Positions 13,953-24,800 of a DNA stretch of 64,000 nt are shown here, one piece after another. Within the stretch, counting starts at the first letter, position 1. Each line of letters begins with the position of its first letter. The notes under the pieces are model-generated. The model ran no database searches. It saw nothing but the letters and a program-made list of their open reading frames with translations, and was not told the origin of the DNA. A program made the translations under genes and the position numbers. The stretch comes from Antedon mediterranea. Taxonomy: Eukaryota; Animalia; Echinodermata. Location: the NCBI RefSeq assembly GCF_964355755.1, contig NC_092679.1:12259432-12323431 (forward strand), in the 5' to 3' direction.

Positions 13953-15571
13953 ACTAGAACTTAAACTCGTCACTTGAGGACGAGTTTGGTTATCCGCCAG
14001 CAACAAAGCGTATCTTGCGTATTCAAGTACTTCCAAGTTATGACTTTTCCAAAAAAAGTAGGCTATTCAAAATTAAAACTGCCCTCTCAGTGTAATAACC
14101 AACTAAACCCTTTTAATTAATTGTTTTCCCGTGACGGGACTCGAACCCGGTACCTCTGATACCAAAGTCGGTTGCATTACACATCGAGCCATATGACCAC
14201 CTGCTGACGAAAATCCGAAGAAAGAGTCCTCGTTCATTCGGTATGTCGTGAACCCCCTCGATGCAAGTTGATTATTACATATCAAACTTAAATCATAAAT
14301 TTTACTATGATGAAATCTTCAAAAATTTTAAACGCTGATATTTTATGAAAGTACATACTTTCAAGTTTTATATATTAACATGTAAAGAAAAAAGATAAAT
14401 GTTATGTTTATTGTTTTGCTCTTTGAATAAGTTTATGTTTGTTTGATGATAAATATTTCAAAAATTATATTTAATATGCAAATAATGTAGCCATCAAACA
14501 CGTTTTAGCATTCAACACTATAATAAATCAGACCTATGATTCATACACTGCAAGAAATTAAAATAAAAAATGGGGGTAACCTTGCATTCTGATGAACTGT
14601 GTCATTTTTAAAAGTAGACATATTTTGGAACATTTTCACAATTTGTTGACGTTTTCGTGCGCAACCTGTCATGTTTAACGTGCTCGTAGAACGCCATTTC
14701 AAGTTGAAAAGTGAATAAAATAACGTAAAATTGTTAACAGAAGATTTAAAAACACAAATCGTGTAAAAGAAATGCTCATACCTGTTCCCTGCGCCGTGCG
14801 CGCGTAAAAATGTGCGCACCAGTGGCAATTTTTTAAACGCTTAAAATGACCTGAATCGTGCTCTAATTTAATCAGAAATTGATTTGAAGCATTTTAAAAT
14901 TTCAAACGCCATTTACGCGCGCACTTTCTAATGTTACAAATTGCGATAGCGTTAAAAAAGTTAACTATTGATGTGAAGCAAACGTGGCTGAAAATGACGT
15001 TAAAAAATATTCATTTGTTTCGAAGTTATAACCAATTTAAGATTTTCAGAAAATCACGCGTAACTTACGCTACGCGGCTCTGACATCGTCAAAAAGCTTG
15101 GCTGGACAACTTCAGTAAAATGTCTATATGTTGAACAAGTTACAAAATGTTATGTTAACGCGTTACAGAGAAACAGCGTGCACAAATTAGGAGCATTTTA
15201 AAATTTCAAACGCAGTTTACGCGCAGACTTTCTAGTGTTCAAAAATTTGCTGAAGAGCGAAAAAGTTAGCCATTGATGTGAAGAAAACGTGGCTGAAAAT
15301 TTCGTTAAAAAATATTTATCGGTTTCGAAGTTATGACCGATTTAAGATTTTCAGAAAATCGCGCGTAACTTACGCTACGCGGATCTGACATTGTCAAAAA
15401 GCTTCGCAGTACATCTTCAGTTAATTGTCTATATGTTGACCAAGTTACAAAATGTTATGTTAACACGTTCAAGAGAAAACGCGTACACAAAATCGGAGAA
15501 AGAAAGAAGAATAATAAAAAAAAAAAGTAACACTACAATAACAAAGGTTATCCGCTTGAGGCGGATAACCA
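13953..15571 (-). mobile_element. Complete family-B element (B4) sitting inside the (AATA)n tract of a family-A element
   Basis: Near-identical to 4855-6473; preceded by an A body ending in AATAAATAA and followed by (AATA)5 plus the A terminus. Confidence 0.8.
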
Positions 15572-15640
15572 ATAAATAAATAAATAAATAAAGATTTTGA
15601 CAGAATCAAGAGGTTATATGCATATCATGCATATAACCTA
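15572..15640 (-). mobile_element. Displaced family-A terminus
   Basis: (AATA)n-AGATTTTGACAGAATCAAG-AGGTTATATGCAT-atc-ATGCATATAACCT; the palindrome arm equals the subTIR next to the A hairpin. Confidence 0.8.
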
Positions 15641-16900
15641 ACTAGAACTTAAACTCGTCACTTGAGGACGAGTTTGGTTATCCGCCCACAAAAAAACGTA
15701 TCTTGTGCATTCAAGTACTTTTCAATCATGACTTTTCCAAAAAGTAGCCTATTCGAAATTAAAACTGCCCTTTCATTGTAATAACCATATAAATCCTTTT
15801 ATTTAATTGGTTTCCCGTGACGAGATTCGATCCCGGTACCTCTGATACCAAAGTCGGTTGCACTACACATCGAGCCATATGAGCAGCTGCCGAAGGAAAT
15901 CCGAAGAAAGTTTACACGTTCATTCGGTATGTCGTGAACCACTCGATGCAAATAGATTATTACTTAGCAAACTAAATCATAATTTTTACTATGATGAAAT
16001 CTTCAAAAATGTTAAACAGTGACATATTATGAAAGTACATACTTTTAAGTTGTATATATTAACATGTGAAGAAAAAAGATAAACGTTACGTTTATTGTTT
16101 TGCTCCTTGAAAACGTTTATGTTTGTTTGATGATAAAAATTTCAAAAATTATATTTAATATGCAAATAATGTAGCCATTAAACACGTTTTAACATTCAAC
16201 ACTATAATAAATCAGACCTACAATTCATACACTGCAAGAAAATAAAATAAAAAATGGGGGTAACCTTGCATTCTGATGAACTGTATCATTTTTAAAAGTA
16301 TACATATTTTGCAACATTTTCACAATTTTTTAACATTTTACGTGCGCAACCAGTCATGTTTAACGTGCTCGTAGAACGCCATTTCAAGTTGAAAAGTGAA
16401 TAAAATAACGTAAAATTGTTAACCGAAGATTGAAAAACACAAATCGTGCAAAAGAAATGCTCATACGTGTTTCCTGCACCGTGCGCGCGTAAAAATGTGC
16501 GCACCTGGTGGCAATTTTTCAAACGCTTAAAATGACCTGAATCGTGCTCTAATTTAATCAGAAATTGATTTGGAGCATTTTAAAATTTCAAAAGCCGTTT
16601 ACGCGCGCACTTTCCAATGTTTCGACTTTCGGTAGCGATAAAAAAGTTAGCAATTGATGTGAAGCAAACGTGGCTGAAAATGACGTTAAAAAATATTTAT
16701 CGTTTTTGAAGTTATGATCAATTTAAGATTTTCTGAAAATCGCACGTAACTTACGCTACGCGGCTCTGCCAGTGTCCAAAAGCTTGGCTGCACATCTTCA
16801 GCTAAATGTCTAAATGTTTACCAAGTTACAACATGTTATGTTATCAGGTTGCAGAGAAAAGCTGAACACAAAAATCGGCGGAAATCGAGAAGAATAATAA
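15641..16900 (-). mobile_element. Diverged family-B body (one central repeat, terminus displaced)
   Basis: B-type hairpin and subTIR at the left, many substitutions relative to B1-B4, ends GAATAATAA|ACTAG. Confidence 0.75.
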
Positions 16901-18341
16901 ACTAGATCTGAACTCGTCACTTGAGGACGAGTTTGGTTATCCGCCCGCAACAAAACATATCTTGCGCATTCAAGTATTTTTCATTTGTGACTTTTCCAAA
17001 AAGTAGCCTATTCAAATTTAAAACTGCTCTTTCAGTGTAATAACCAAACAAATCCTTTTATTTAATTGTTTTCCCGGGATGAGATTTGAACCCGGTACCT
17101 CTGATACCAAAGTCGGCTGCACTACACATCGAGCCATATGAGCACCTGCTGAAGAAAATCCGAAGAAAGAGTCTTCGTTCATTCGGTATGTCGTGAATCC
17201 TCTCGATGCAAGTTGATTATTACATATCAAACTTAAATTATAAATTTTACTATGATGACATCTTCACAAATTTTAAACAGTGACATATTAGCAAAGTGCA
17301 TACTTTCAAGTTTTATATATTAACATGTAAAGGAAAAGGATAAACGTTATGTTTATTGTTTTACTCTTTGAATATGTTATTGTTTGTTTGATGATAAAAA
17401 TTTCGAAAATTATATTTAATATGCAAATAATGTAGCCATCAAACACGTTTTAACATTCAACACTATAATAAATCAGACCTACGATTCATAAACTGCAAGA
17501 AATAAAATAAAAAATAGGGGTAACCTTGCATTCTGATGAACTGTATCGTTTTTAAAAGTAGACATATTTTGCAACATTTTCACAATTTTTTGACGTTTTT
17601 CTGCGCAACCAGTCATGTTTAACGTGCTCGTAGAACGCCATTTCAATTTGAATAGTGAATAAAATAATGTAAAATTGTTAACCAAAGATTTAAAAACATA
17701 AATCGTGTAAAAGAAATGCTCATACGCGTTCCCTGCGCCGTGCGCGCGTAAAAATGTGCACACCAGTGGCAATTTTTTAAACGCTTAAAATGACCTGAAT
17801 CGTGCTCTAATTTAATCAGAAATTAATTTCAAGCATTTTAAAATTTCAAACGCCGTTTACGCGCGCACTTTCGAATGTTACAAAATTCGTTAGGGTTAAA
17901 AAAGTTAACAATTGATGTGAAGCAAACGTGGCTGAAAATTACGTTAAAAAATATTTATCTGTTTCAAAGTTATGATCAATTTAAGATTTTCAGAAAATCG
18001 CCCGTAACTTACGATACGCGCCTCTGACAGCGTCCAAAAGCTTGGCTGCACAACTTCAGTTAAATGTCTAAATGTTGACCAAGTTACAACATGTTATGTT
18101 AACGCGTTGCAGAGAAACAGCGTTTACTAGGTCAGAGGTCAGAGTATGAGGCAACATTGTATTCAAGTGCAAGCTGATAAGTTTTAAAATTTCATTTGTT
18201 CTCTCTTATATTTTGGTTAAGTTTTCACTGCATGGTATTCTTTAATACTTTCTAGTCACCATTAAGGAAATAATCCTAGTAGATGAGTATTCTTAACAAA
18301 GATTAAAGCAGATTTAAAACCTAGGCCCAACACAAAACAAT

Positions 18342-19286
18342 ATGGCCTCCAGAGGCATGCATGGTAGCTCATCTAGAGAGGCTAGCCCCTCTATTGCTAG
18401 GCCTAACACTAGAAACACTAAGAAGAAAGGAAGCGATAAACAACCCAGTTCTAAGGCAGATGCTGAAACAAAATGCACTAAATGTTTTAAACCAGTGGAG
18501 GAAAATATGAAGTTTTTAAAATGTGACTTTTGTGGAACAAAAACTTGTGTTGATTGTACAGGCCTAGCAGAGTCAGTGTATGATGCCATAGTGTCTTGCC
18601 AGCTACCAAACTTTATTTGGTCATGTAATTCTTGCTCTAATGCAATACCTACGATCAAGAATGTTAGTAAAATGATGAAAGGAATTATAGATGATCAAAA
18701 AATACTATCAAAAAAAGTTGAGGATCTTAATGATAAAGTGGATACCATGGAAAATCATATCGAGGAAAAGATAAGAGAAGCTATTGATGATTTTAGGGAT
18801 AGAGAAGCAAGAAAATGTAACTTAATCATACACAATGTACCTGAATCCCATCACGAAGACTCAAAAGATAGAAGGAAGGAAGACACTGTGTATGTTGACG
18901 ATATTTTCAATGCCTGTCAGACCACTGGTTCGACGTTATCCTCAGTTATAAGATTGGGAAAAAGAGAAAGAGAAGGAAACAAGCCAAGGCTGCTAAAAGT
19001 GACAGTTGATTCGGTAGCCACAAAGAGGAACATCCTTGGCGGAACAAAAAACCTAAGGGACGGCAAAAGTGATAAATGGAGTAACATATATGTCACGCCA
19101 GACCTGACCCAAAAGGAGAGGGAGAAAAACAAGCTGTTAAGGGAGACGCTATCATTCAGACGAAATGAAGAAGGCAATGAGTCCTTAGCTATAAGAAGAG
19201 GTAAAATCGTTGATCTGTCTAAAGAACGTGTAAATTTAAACGCTAAAGAAGGATCAATAAAGGGCAACCAGCCCTTTCCAAGATAG
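18342..19286 (+). CDS. LINE ORF1p: PHD-like finger, coiled coil, RRM/CTD
   Basis: CTKC..CDFC..CVDC..WSCNSC; RKCNLIIHNVPES; RLGK..PRLLKV; IYVTPDLT, as in CR1/L2-type ORF1. Confidence 0.9.
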   Translation: MASRGMHGSSSREASPSIARPNTRNTKKKGSDKQPSSKADAETKCTKCFKPVEENMKFLKCDFCGTKTCVDCTGLAESVYDAIVSCQLPNFIWSCNSCSNAIPTIKNVSKMMKGIIDDQKILSKKVEDLNDKVDTMENHIEEKIREAIDDFRDREARKCNLIIHNVPESHHEDSKDRRKEDTVYVDDIFNACQTTGSTLSSVIRLGKREREGNKPRLLKVTVDSVATKRNILGGTKNLRDGKSDKWSNIYVTPDLTQKEREKNKLLRETLSFRRNEEGNESLAIRRGKIVDLSKERVNLNAKEGSIKGNQPFPR

Positions 19287-22200
19287 CAGGAACCTTAACA
19301 TATTTAGTACCAAAGAAAGTTGTTTAGTTTCATCTACTATTACTGATAAAGAAACACATTATTTATGTTCCAAGTCCAATAACAAAATAAGTCCTGAAGA
19401 AAATGTTTCAGTTTCGTCAAATAGAAGTGATAAAGAAAATAACTATTTATGTTCTGATTCAAGAAATGATGTTATATTGGAAGACCACAACAGTTTCAAT
19501 GATACAAGTGGATCGAGTGATGATACAGAAGATATCTTACGAGCCAATAAAAAGGACCTCAATAGTAAAAAGAAACTATATTGTGTTTATACAAATGTAG
19601 ATGGTCTAATCAACAAAAAAGCAGAACTAGAGAGCTACTTAAGCAGCAAAACTGATGCACCGGATATTCTAGCAATTACAGAAGTATTTCCTAAGCGACG
19701 AAGTAGTGATATCGATACAACAGTCCTTCAGCTAAATGGGTATGACATGTTTATAACAGACCAGCAGGGCAGAGGAGTTTGTATATATACAAATAAGGCG
19801 CTAAAGGCAACAAGTGTAAACTTCGACACACAATTAAACAACTTTAATGAAAGTGTCTGGTGCGAGATCAGACTTGAAAATGAAGAAAATATATTAGTGG
19901 GATGCATATATAGAAGTCCAAATTCTTCCAAAGAGAATAATGATGCTTTGTTAGATTTGATATCAACAGCCTGTAGAAGGAAGTACCCTTATCTTTTGAT
20001 AACTGGTGATTTCAATTATAGAGAGATAGACTGGACATCGTGGATTTCGAGAGCTAGTGAGAATCATGGTAGTAGTAAGCTTGTTGATTGTCTTCAGGAC
20101 AACTTCCTTTACCAAGTATCTAACCGAAATACAAGATATAGAGATGGTAATAGACCAAGTCTGTTAGATTTAATCATTGTGAACGATGAACTACTAATTG
20201 ATGAAGTATCTGAATACAGCCCACTTGGAAAAAGTGATCATGTAATTCTTGAATTTTATTTAAACTGTTATTGTAAGATTGATGATTATCAACCAAGTAG
20301 ATTTAAATTTTGTAATGGAAACTATCACAATTTAAGAAATGATTTAAAGGAAGTCAACTGGTCTGAAATGAATGATAAAGATGTAAACACAGCATGGAGT
20401 TTTTTTATAGATGCAATACATGAGGCAACTTCAGCAAATATTCCCAAAACTAAACCGAAAGATGGAATCAAAAAGAAAAGAAAATCAGCAGTATGGATGA
20501 ACACGGAAGCTCTAGCTAAAATAAAGAAAAAGTACCATGCATGGAAGCGTTATACTGCTACAAAGCACTACAAAGATTATGAGAAATATACAAAATTAAG
20601 AAATGCAGCTTCAAAGGAGTCAAAGAAAGCTAAACGGATCTTTGAGAAAAAACTTGCAAAAAAAGTTAAGACTAACCCAAAATGCTTTTGGAATTATGTA
20701 AGGTCTAAAACAAGGATAAAGTGTGGAATTAGCCACCTGACTAAACCTGATGGGTCTAAAACAAAAAATGATGAAGAAAAAGCTTTTATCTTGAATAATT
20801 TCTTTTGTAGCACGTTTACATGTGAAGACATATCCGATGTACCAGAACTTACAAATAGATATAATGGTGTACCATTGAGCACATTAGCATTTTCAAGAGA
20901 GCAAGTCCTAAAGAAGCTGATGAGTCTAAACCCTTCAAAATCTCCGGGCCCAGACAGCATACATCCACGTGTACTAAAAGAAGCAGCAGAACTAATCGCT
21001 GATCCACTAACAAACATATTTAATAAATCCATAAAGGAAGGTATCATTCCTGACGACTGGAAGGTAGCTCATGTTTCCGCTATATTTAAGAAGGGCAACC
21101 CTACTAATCCAGGCAACTATAGGCCCATCAGTTTGACATCAGTGATATGTAAAGTAATGGAATCCTTAATCAGAGATGATCTAATGATGTTTCTGGAAGG
21201 CAACGATCTTATAAGTAACCATCAATATGGATTTAGAGCAGGCAGATCATGTGTAACACAACTGATAATGGTACTTGATAAATGGACAGCTATGATTGAT
21301 GAAGAAGGTGGTGTAGACGTAGCATACCTGGATTTTAGCAAGGCCTTCGATACTGTCCCACACCAACGACTACTGAAAAAAATACAAGCATATGGAATTA
21401 ATGGTAATCTTTTAAAATGGATAGAATGTTTCTTACTTGGAAGGAAGCAGCGTGTTGCAATTAAAGGAACCTTATCGTCTTGGTCCCATGTTACAAGCGG
21501 GATACCCCAAGGAAGTGTCCTCGGACCTATACTATTCTTGATCTACATAAACGATCTACCCGATATATTAGAAACCCACGCAGAGATGTTTGCTGATGAT
21601 ACCAAACTGTTCAATCATATTAAAAGTGGGGCTGACTGTGAAGCCCTCCAACGTGATATTGATGCTGCTAACGATTGGGCAAAAACTTGGCAGTTGAAGT
21701 TTAACGTCAATAAGTGCTGCATTATGCATCTTGGCAGGAACCTTGAATTGTACAATTATACGATGTCAGCGGAGGCTTTGCAGGCAAAAGAGGAAGAAAA
21801 AGACTTGGGCGTTATATTTGACCAGACCCTCAAGTTCAGCAAACACGTTGGAATCGTCAGTAATAGAGCCAATAGAGTTGTTGGTCTGATCAGACATACA
21901 TTTAACTACCTTGATGAGGAAATGTTTGTTCCACTTTTTAAATCATTAGTGAGACCTCACCTTGAATATGCTAACTGTGTATGGTCTCCGTTTCTTCGTA
22001 AAGATATAACATGCATTGAAAAAGTTCAAAGGAGGGCAACAAAAGCAATTCCATCATTAAAAGACTTGGATTATACAGAACGCCTAAAACGACTAAATCT
22101 ACCAACATTGGCCTTTAGAAGATTACGAGGAGATATGATTCAAGTTTTTAAAATGGTGACAGGCCTAAGTGGTAGTGGAATGCGTAACTTCTTCCCTATG

Positions 22201-22416
22201 AAAACATACGAGAGAAACCTAAGAAGGCACAGATACACCATATATAAGCGACGACCTAAACTGGATATCCGCAAGTACAATTTTTCTTACAGAATTGTTA
22301 ACCTATGGAATAGTCTACCAGAGGAAGCCGTTAACACCACCACAGTAAACGCCTTTAAAAATAAACTTGATAAATTCATTGAAAGAAAATACAACAAATT
22401 TACTTTTATGGGATAA
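19261..22416 (+). CDS. LINE ORF2p: APE endonuclease + reverse transcriptase (frame open from 19261; start codon unclear)
   Basis: YTNVDGL, ILAITE, GCIYRSP, GDFNY, LLDLI, SDH; SPGPDSI, YRPISLTS, YLDFSKAFD, GIPQGSVLGP, FADDTK. Confidence 0.95.
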   Translation, partial: RATSPFQDSRNLNIFSTKESCLVSSTITDKETHYLCSKSNNKISPEENVSVSSNRSDKENNYLCSDSRNDVILEDHNSFNDTSGSSDDTEDILRANKKDLNSKKKLYCVYTNVDGLINKKAELESYLSSKTDAPDILAITEVFPKRRSSDIDTTVLQLNGYDMFITDQQGRGVCIYTNKALKATSVNFDTQLNNFNESVWCEIRLENEENILVGCIYRSPNSSKENNDALLDLISTACRRKYPYLLITGDFNYREIDWTSWISRASENHGSSKLVDCLQDNFLYQVSNRNTRYRDGNRPSLLDLIIVNDELLIDEVSEYSPLGKSDHVILEFYLNCYCKIDDYQPSRFKFCNGNYHNLRNDLKEVNWSEMNDKDVNTAWSFFIDAIHEATSANIPKTKPKDGIKKKRKSAVWMNTEALAKIKKKYHAWKRYTATKHYKDYEKYTKLRNAASKESKKAKRIFEKKLAKKVKTNPKCFWNYVRSKTRIKCGISHLTKPDGSKTKNDEEKAFILNNFFCSTFTCEDISDVPELTNRYNGVPLSTLAFSREQVLKKLMSLNPSKSPGPDSIHPRVLKEAAELIADPLTNIFNKSIKEGIIPDDWKVAHVSAIFKKGNPTNPGNYRPISLTSVICKVMESLIRDDLMMFLEGNDLISNHQYGFRAGRSCVTQLIMVLDKWTAMIDEEGGVDVAYLDFSKAFDTVPHQRLLKKIQAYGINGNLLKWIECFLLGRKQRVAIKGTLSSWSHVTSGIPQGSVLGPILFLIYINDLPDILETHAEMFADDTKLFNHIKSGADCEALQRDIDAANDWAKTWQLKFNVNKCCIMHLGRNLELYNYTMSAEALQAKEEEKDLGVIFDQTLKFSKHVGIVSNRANRVVGLIRHTFNYLDEEMFVPLFKSLVRPHLEYANCVWSPFLRKDITCIEKVQRRATKAIPSLKDLDYTERLKRLNLPTLAFRRLRGDMIQVFKMVTGLSGSGMRNFFPMKTYERNLRRHRYTIYKRRPKLDIRKYNFSYRIVNLWNSLPEEAVNTTTVNAFKNKLDKFIERKYNKFTFMG

Positions 22417-22989
22417 AGTGTATTGCAGAAGAATTTAAATCAAGGAAACGAATGAAAAAAAAAAACAAACAAAAAAAAAAACAAACCATGCAGTGATGAC
22501 TTGATGAAATTGGGAGGGCATGACATGTACCATACAGAAATGTATGGTCTACTTACGAGCCCGACAAGACAGGTGATTACAGGTGATTACAGCGTGTACA
22601 AATTTGGAGAATTTTAAAATTTGAAACGCAATTTACGCGAAAATTTTCTAGTCTCCAAAAATTTGCTAGAGATCGAAAAAGTTAGCCATTGATGTGAAGA
22701 AAACGTGGCTGAAAACTTCGTTAAAAAATATTTATCGGTTTCGAAGTTATGACCGATTTAAGATTTTCAGAAAATCGCGCGTAACTTACGCTACGCGTAT
22801 CTGACAGCGTCCAAAAGCTTGGCTGCACAACTTCAGTTAAATGTCTAAATGTTGACCAAGTTACAACATGTTATGTTAACACGTTGAAGAGAAACGTCGC
22901 GAACAAAAGTGGCGGAAAGAAAGAAGAATAATAAAAAAAAAAAAAGAAACACTACAATAACAAAGGTTATCCGCTTGAGGCGGATAACC

Positions 22990-23166
22990 AATAAAAAAAA
23001 AAAAGAAACACTACAATAACAAAGGTTATCCGCTTGAGGCGGATAACCAATAATAAAAAAAAAAAAGAAACACTACAATTCCAAGGGCTTATCCGCTTGA
23101 GGCGGATAACCAATAAAGATTTTGACAGAATCAAGAGGTTATATGCATGATAATGCATATAACCTA
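22990..23166 (-). mobile_element. Stack of orphan HINE termini: two more B ends (ending 23048 and 23111) and one A end (23112-23166)
   Basis: Repeated AATAA-An-GAAACACTACAAT..TTATCCGCTTGAGGCGGATAACC, then AATAAAGATTTTGACAG..AGGTTATATGCAT-gata-ATGCATATAACCT. Confidence 0.85.
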
Positions 23167-23384
23167 ATTATTAAATTTAACCAAAAAGTCATTTAATTTT
23201 TTTCCTTTAATTTCAGGTTTTTCTAGTAGGAAAATAAGTGGATATAATCTTTTTTTTTAAACTGTTATGTCACATTAAAATAGATTATTCAACAATTTTC
23301 AGGGGGACAATAATATCTTATATAAATATTTATCTTCATTCAATGAACATTTGTAACAATTAATTTAAATTTAACACTCACTAG

Positions 23385-24276
23385 ACGAATGGGACGCTGG
23401 CTTAACGGGAATCGACACATTTACAAATAACGGAGATACTTACTTAGTAGTTGTGAATCAGGATAACTGTGTACAGAACACAATAGTGTACATATGGGAC
23501 AATTCGACTAATGAATGTAAAATTCATCAACCTATTCCTGTGGAGCATTGTTCGTACAGATCTACCATTTTCAAAGTAAGTATATTAAGTATTAAATAAA
23601 TTCATCTGGTTCCAATTATAATTAACTGGAATATTTTTACTTTTATGTTGAACCAAAAAATACATACACAATACATACATACACCCATGCATACCTACAT
23701 ATTTATACCAATTTTTGGTTCATAAAAGTAATAATTTTCCAGTTAAGTTCAAGTACGCTACACACACTTGAGTGTGTATCGTCTTTACAAAACAGAAATT
23801 GGGAGGTGGCCAATTTTGATTGATATTGCTTTTTAAATTGAAAAGTCTGGCAAAAAAAAGAGTGCTGCAGGTACACTAATGAAACAAACCTAAATTGATA
23901 TCAAAATGTATGCGAATCAACCAATCTTTCGAGTTGTTTTTTTTTGGTTTTAGCAATTAGCATGTTTGTATTAAAGCGCATCTTTAAGTATATTATTCTT
24001 TATTTACAGGTTGGCGGAGAAGTGTTTATGATAATAACCACAAGCAGAACGGAATCACGTGATGCTGATGACGATTTTGAACTCTATACTACGTCATCAC
24101 CAATATTTAAATTAGAAGGGAGTATGTTCGTAAGTTACGGAGCGATACCATCACACGAATGTTATGATATAACATTTTTTGAACGAGATGGGGAGTACTT
24201 TTTGGGTCAGTCGAATAAACGAAATGCAAATGGTGGTACGACTAATCCAATCTTCAACATATACCAATGGGTGTAG
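23385..24276 (+). CDS. Last two exons (23385-23575, 24010-24276) of an EAR/EPTP-repeat-like beta-propeller protein (TSPEAR/LGI-like)
   Basis: Canonical AG/GTAAGT sites, in-frame join: ..TFTNNGDTYLVVVN..IVYIWD..FK|VGGEVFMIITTS..SSPIFKLEGSMFVSYGAIPSHECYDITFFERDGEYFLGQSN..IYQWV*; resembles EAR repeat consensus. Confidence 0.6.
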
Positions 24277-24419
24277 TTGATGTAAATTTTAAAAGGTATG
24301 GCGCTCGTTGATTTTTAAAACTCGATATTACGGAAGCTGATTTTGAGAGGCCCTCAACAATACAAGCGACATAAAAACATTACAAGTAAAAATATATTTA
24401 AAGGCAAAAATGTAAAAAG

Positions 24420-24800
24420 GTTAGGAAGATTTAAAATTTAAAATGTGTCATTGTTAAGCATAACATTCTTTAATTTACTTTTAAAATTTAAAAAAGTATT
24501 GCAATTTCTAATTGAAACGTCTAAAGAGTTAAAATATTTAGGTCCTTTATAATTAAAAGAATGTTTAAAAAGTTCACACTGAGGTCTTGGAACAACGAGA
24601 TCACACCTGGAAAGTTGCCGGGTAGACATTCTACCATTGGCAGTAATTCTGGCAAGCCCACGGTAGATGTTAGTTTGGGCGAGATTGGCAAGACAGTCCG
24701 TTTGATAGTCAGAATCAGTAGGGAGTAGAAATGGTGTTAAAAAAGTTGACGGGAATTAGGAGTAGTGTAAGGAAGTTGGAGAATAGTTTGCATAACCAAT
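24420..24800 (-). pseudogene. 3' relic of an L2/CR1-group LINE
   Basis: LVVPRP..LFKHSFNYKGPKYFNSL..FKSKLK, typical RT C-terminus; a related relic is on + at ~35050-35420. Confidence 0.6.

Larger units (their letters stand above)
18124..22588 (+). mobile_element. Apparently full-length CR1-clade non-LTR retrotransposon
   Basis: Two intact ORFs; 3' tail of (ACAGGTGATT)x2; ACAGCGT repeated at 18117-18123 and 22589-22595 (TSD/microhomology). Confidence 0.92.
16901..22989 (-). mobile_element. Diverged family-B element interrupted by a CR1-type LINE
   Basis: B homology over 16901-18123 resumes at ~22589 (ACAGCGTGTACAAATTTGGAG) and ends in the B palindrome at 22989. Confidence 0.75.

Noticed and set aside
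2307-17772. Recurrent 60-97 aa ORFs in the array
   Set aside because: Repeat-unit artefacts: no recognisable domains, and they are broken by indels or stops between copies.
18314-21047. Antisense ORFs over the LINE
   Set aside because: Shadow frames of ORF1/ORF2 with no independent features.
22921-23166. CRISPR-like or terminator-like repeated hairpins
   Set aside because: Eukaryotic context, no unique spacers or cas genes; they are HINE termini.
1577-23385. Direct SLU7-EAR chimeric splice
   Set aside because: Phase 2 donor vs phase 1 acceptor; out of frame without an unseen exon.
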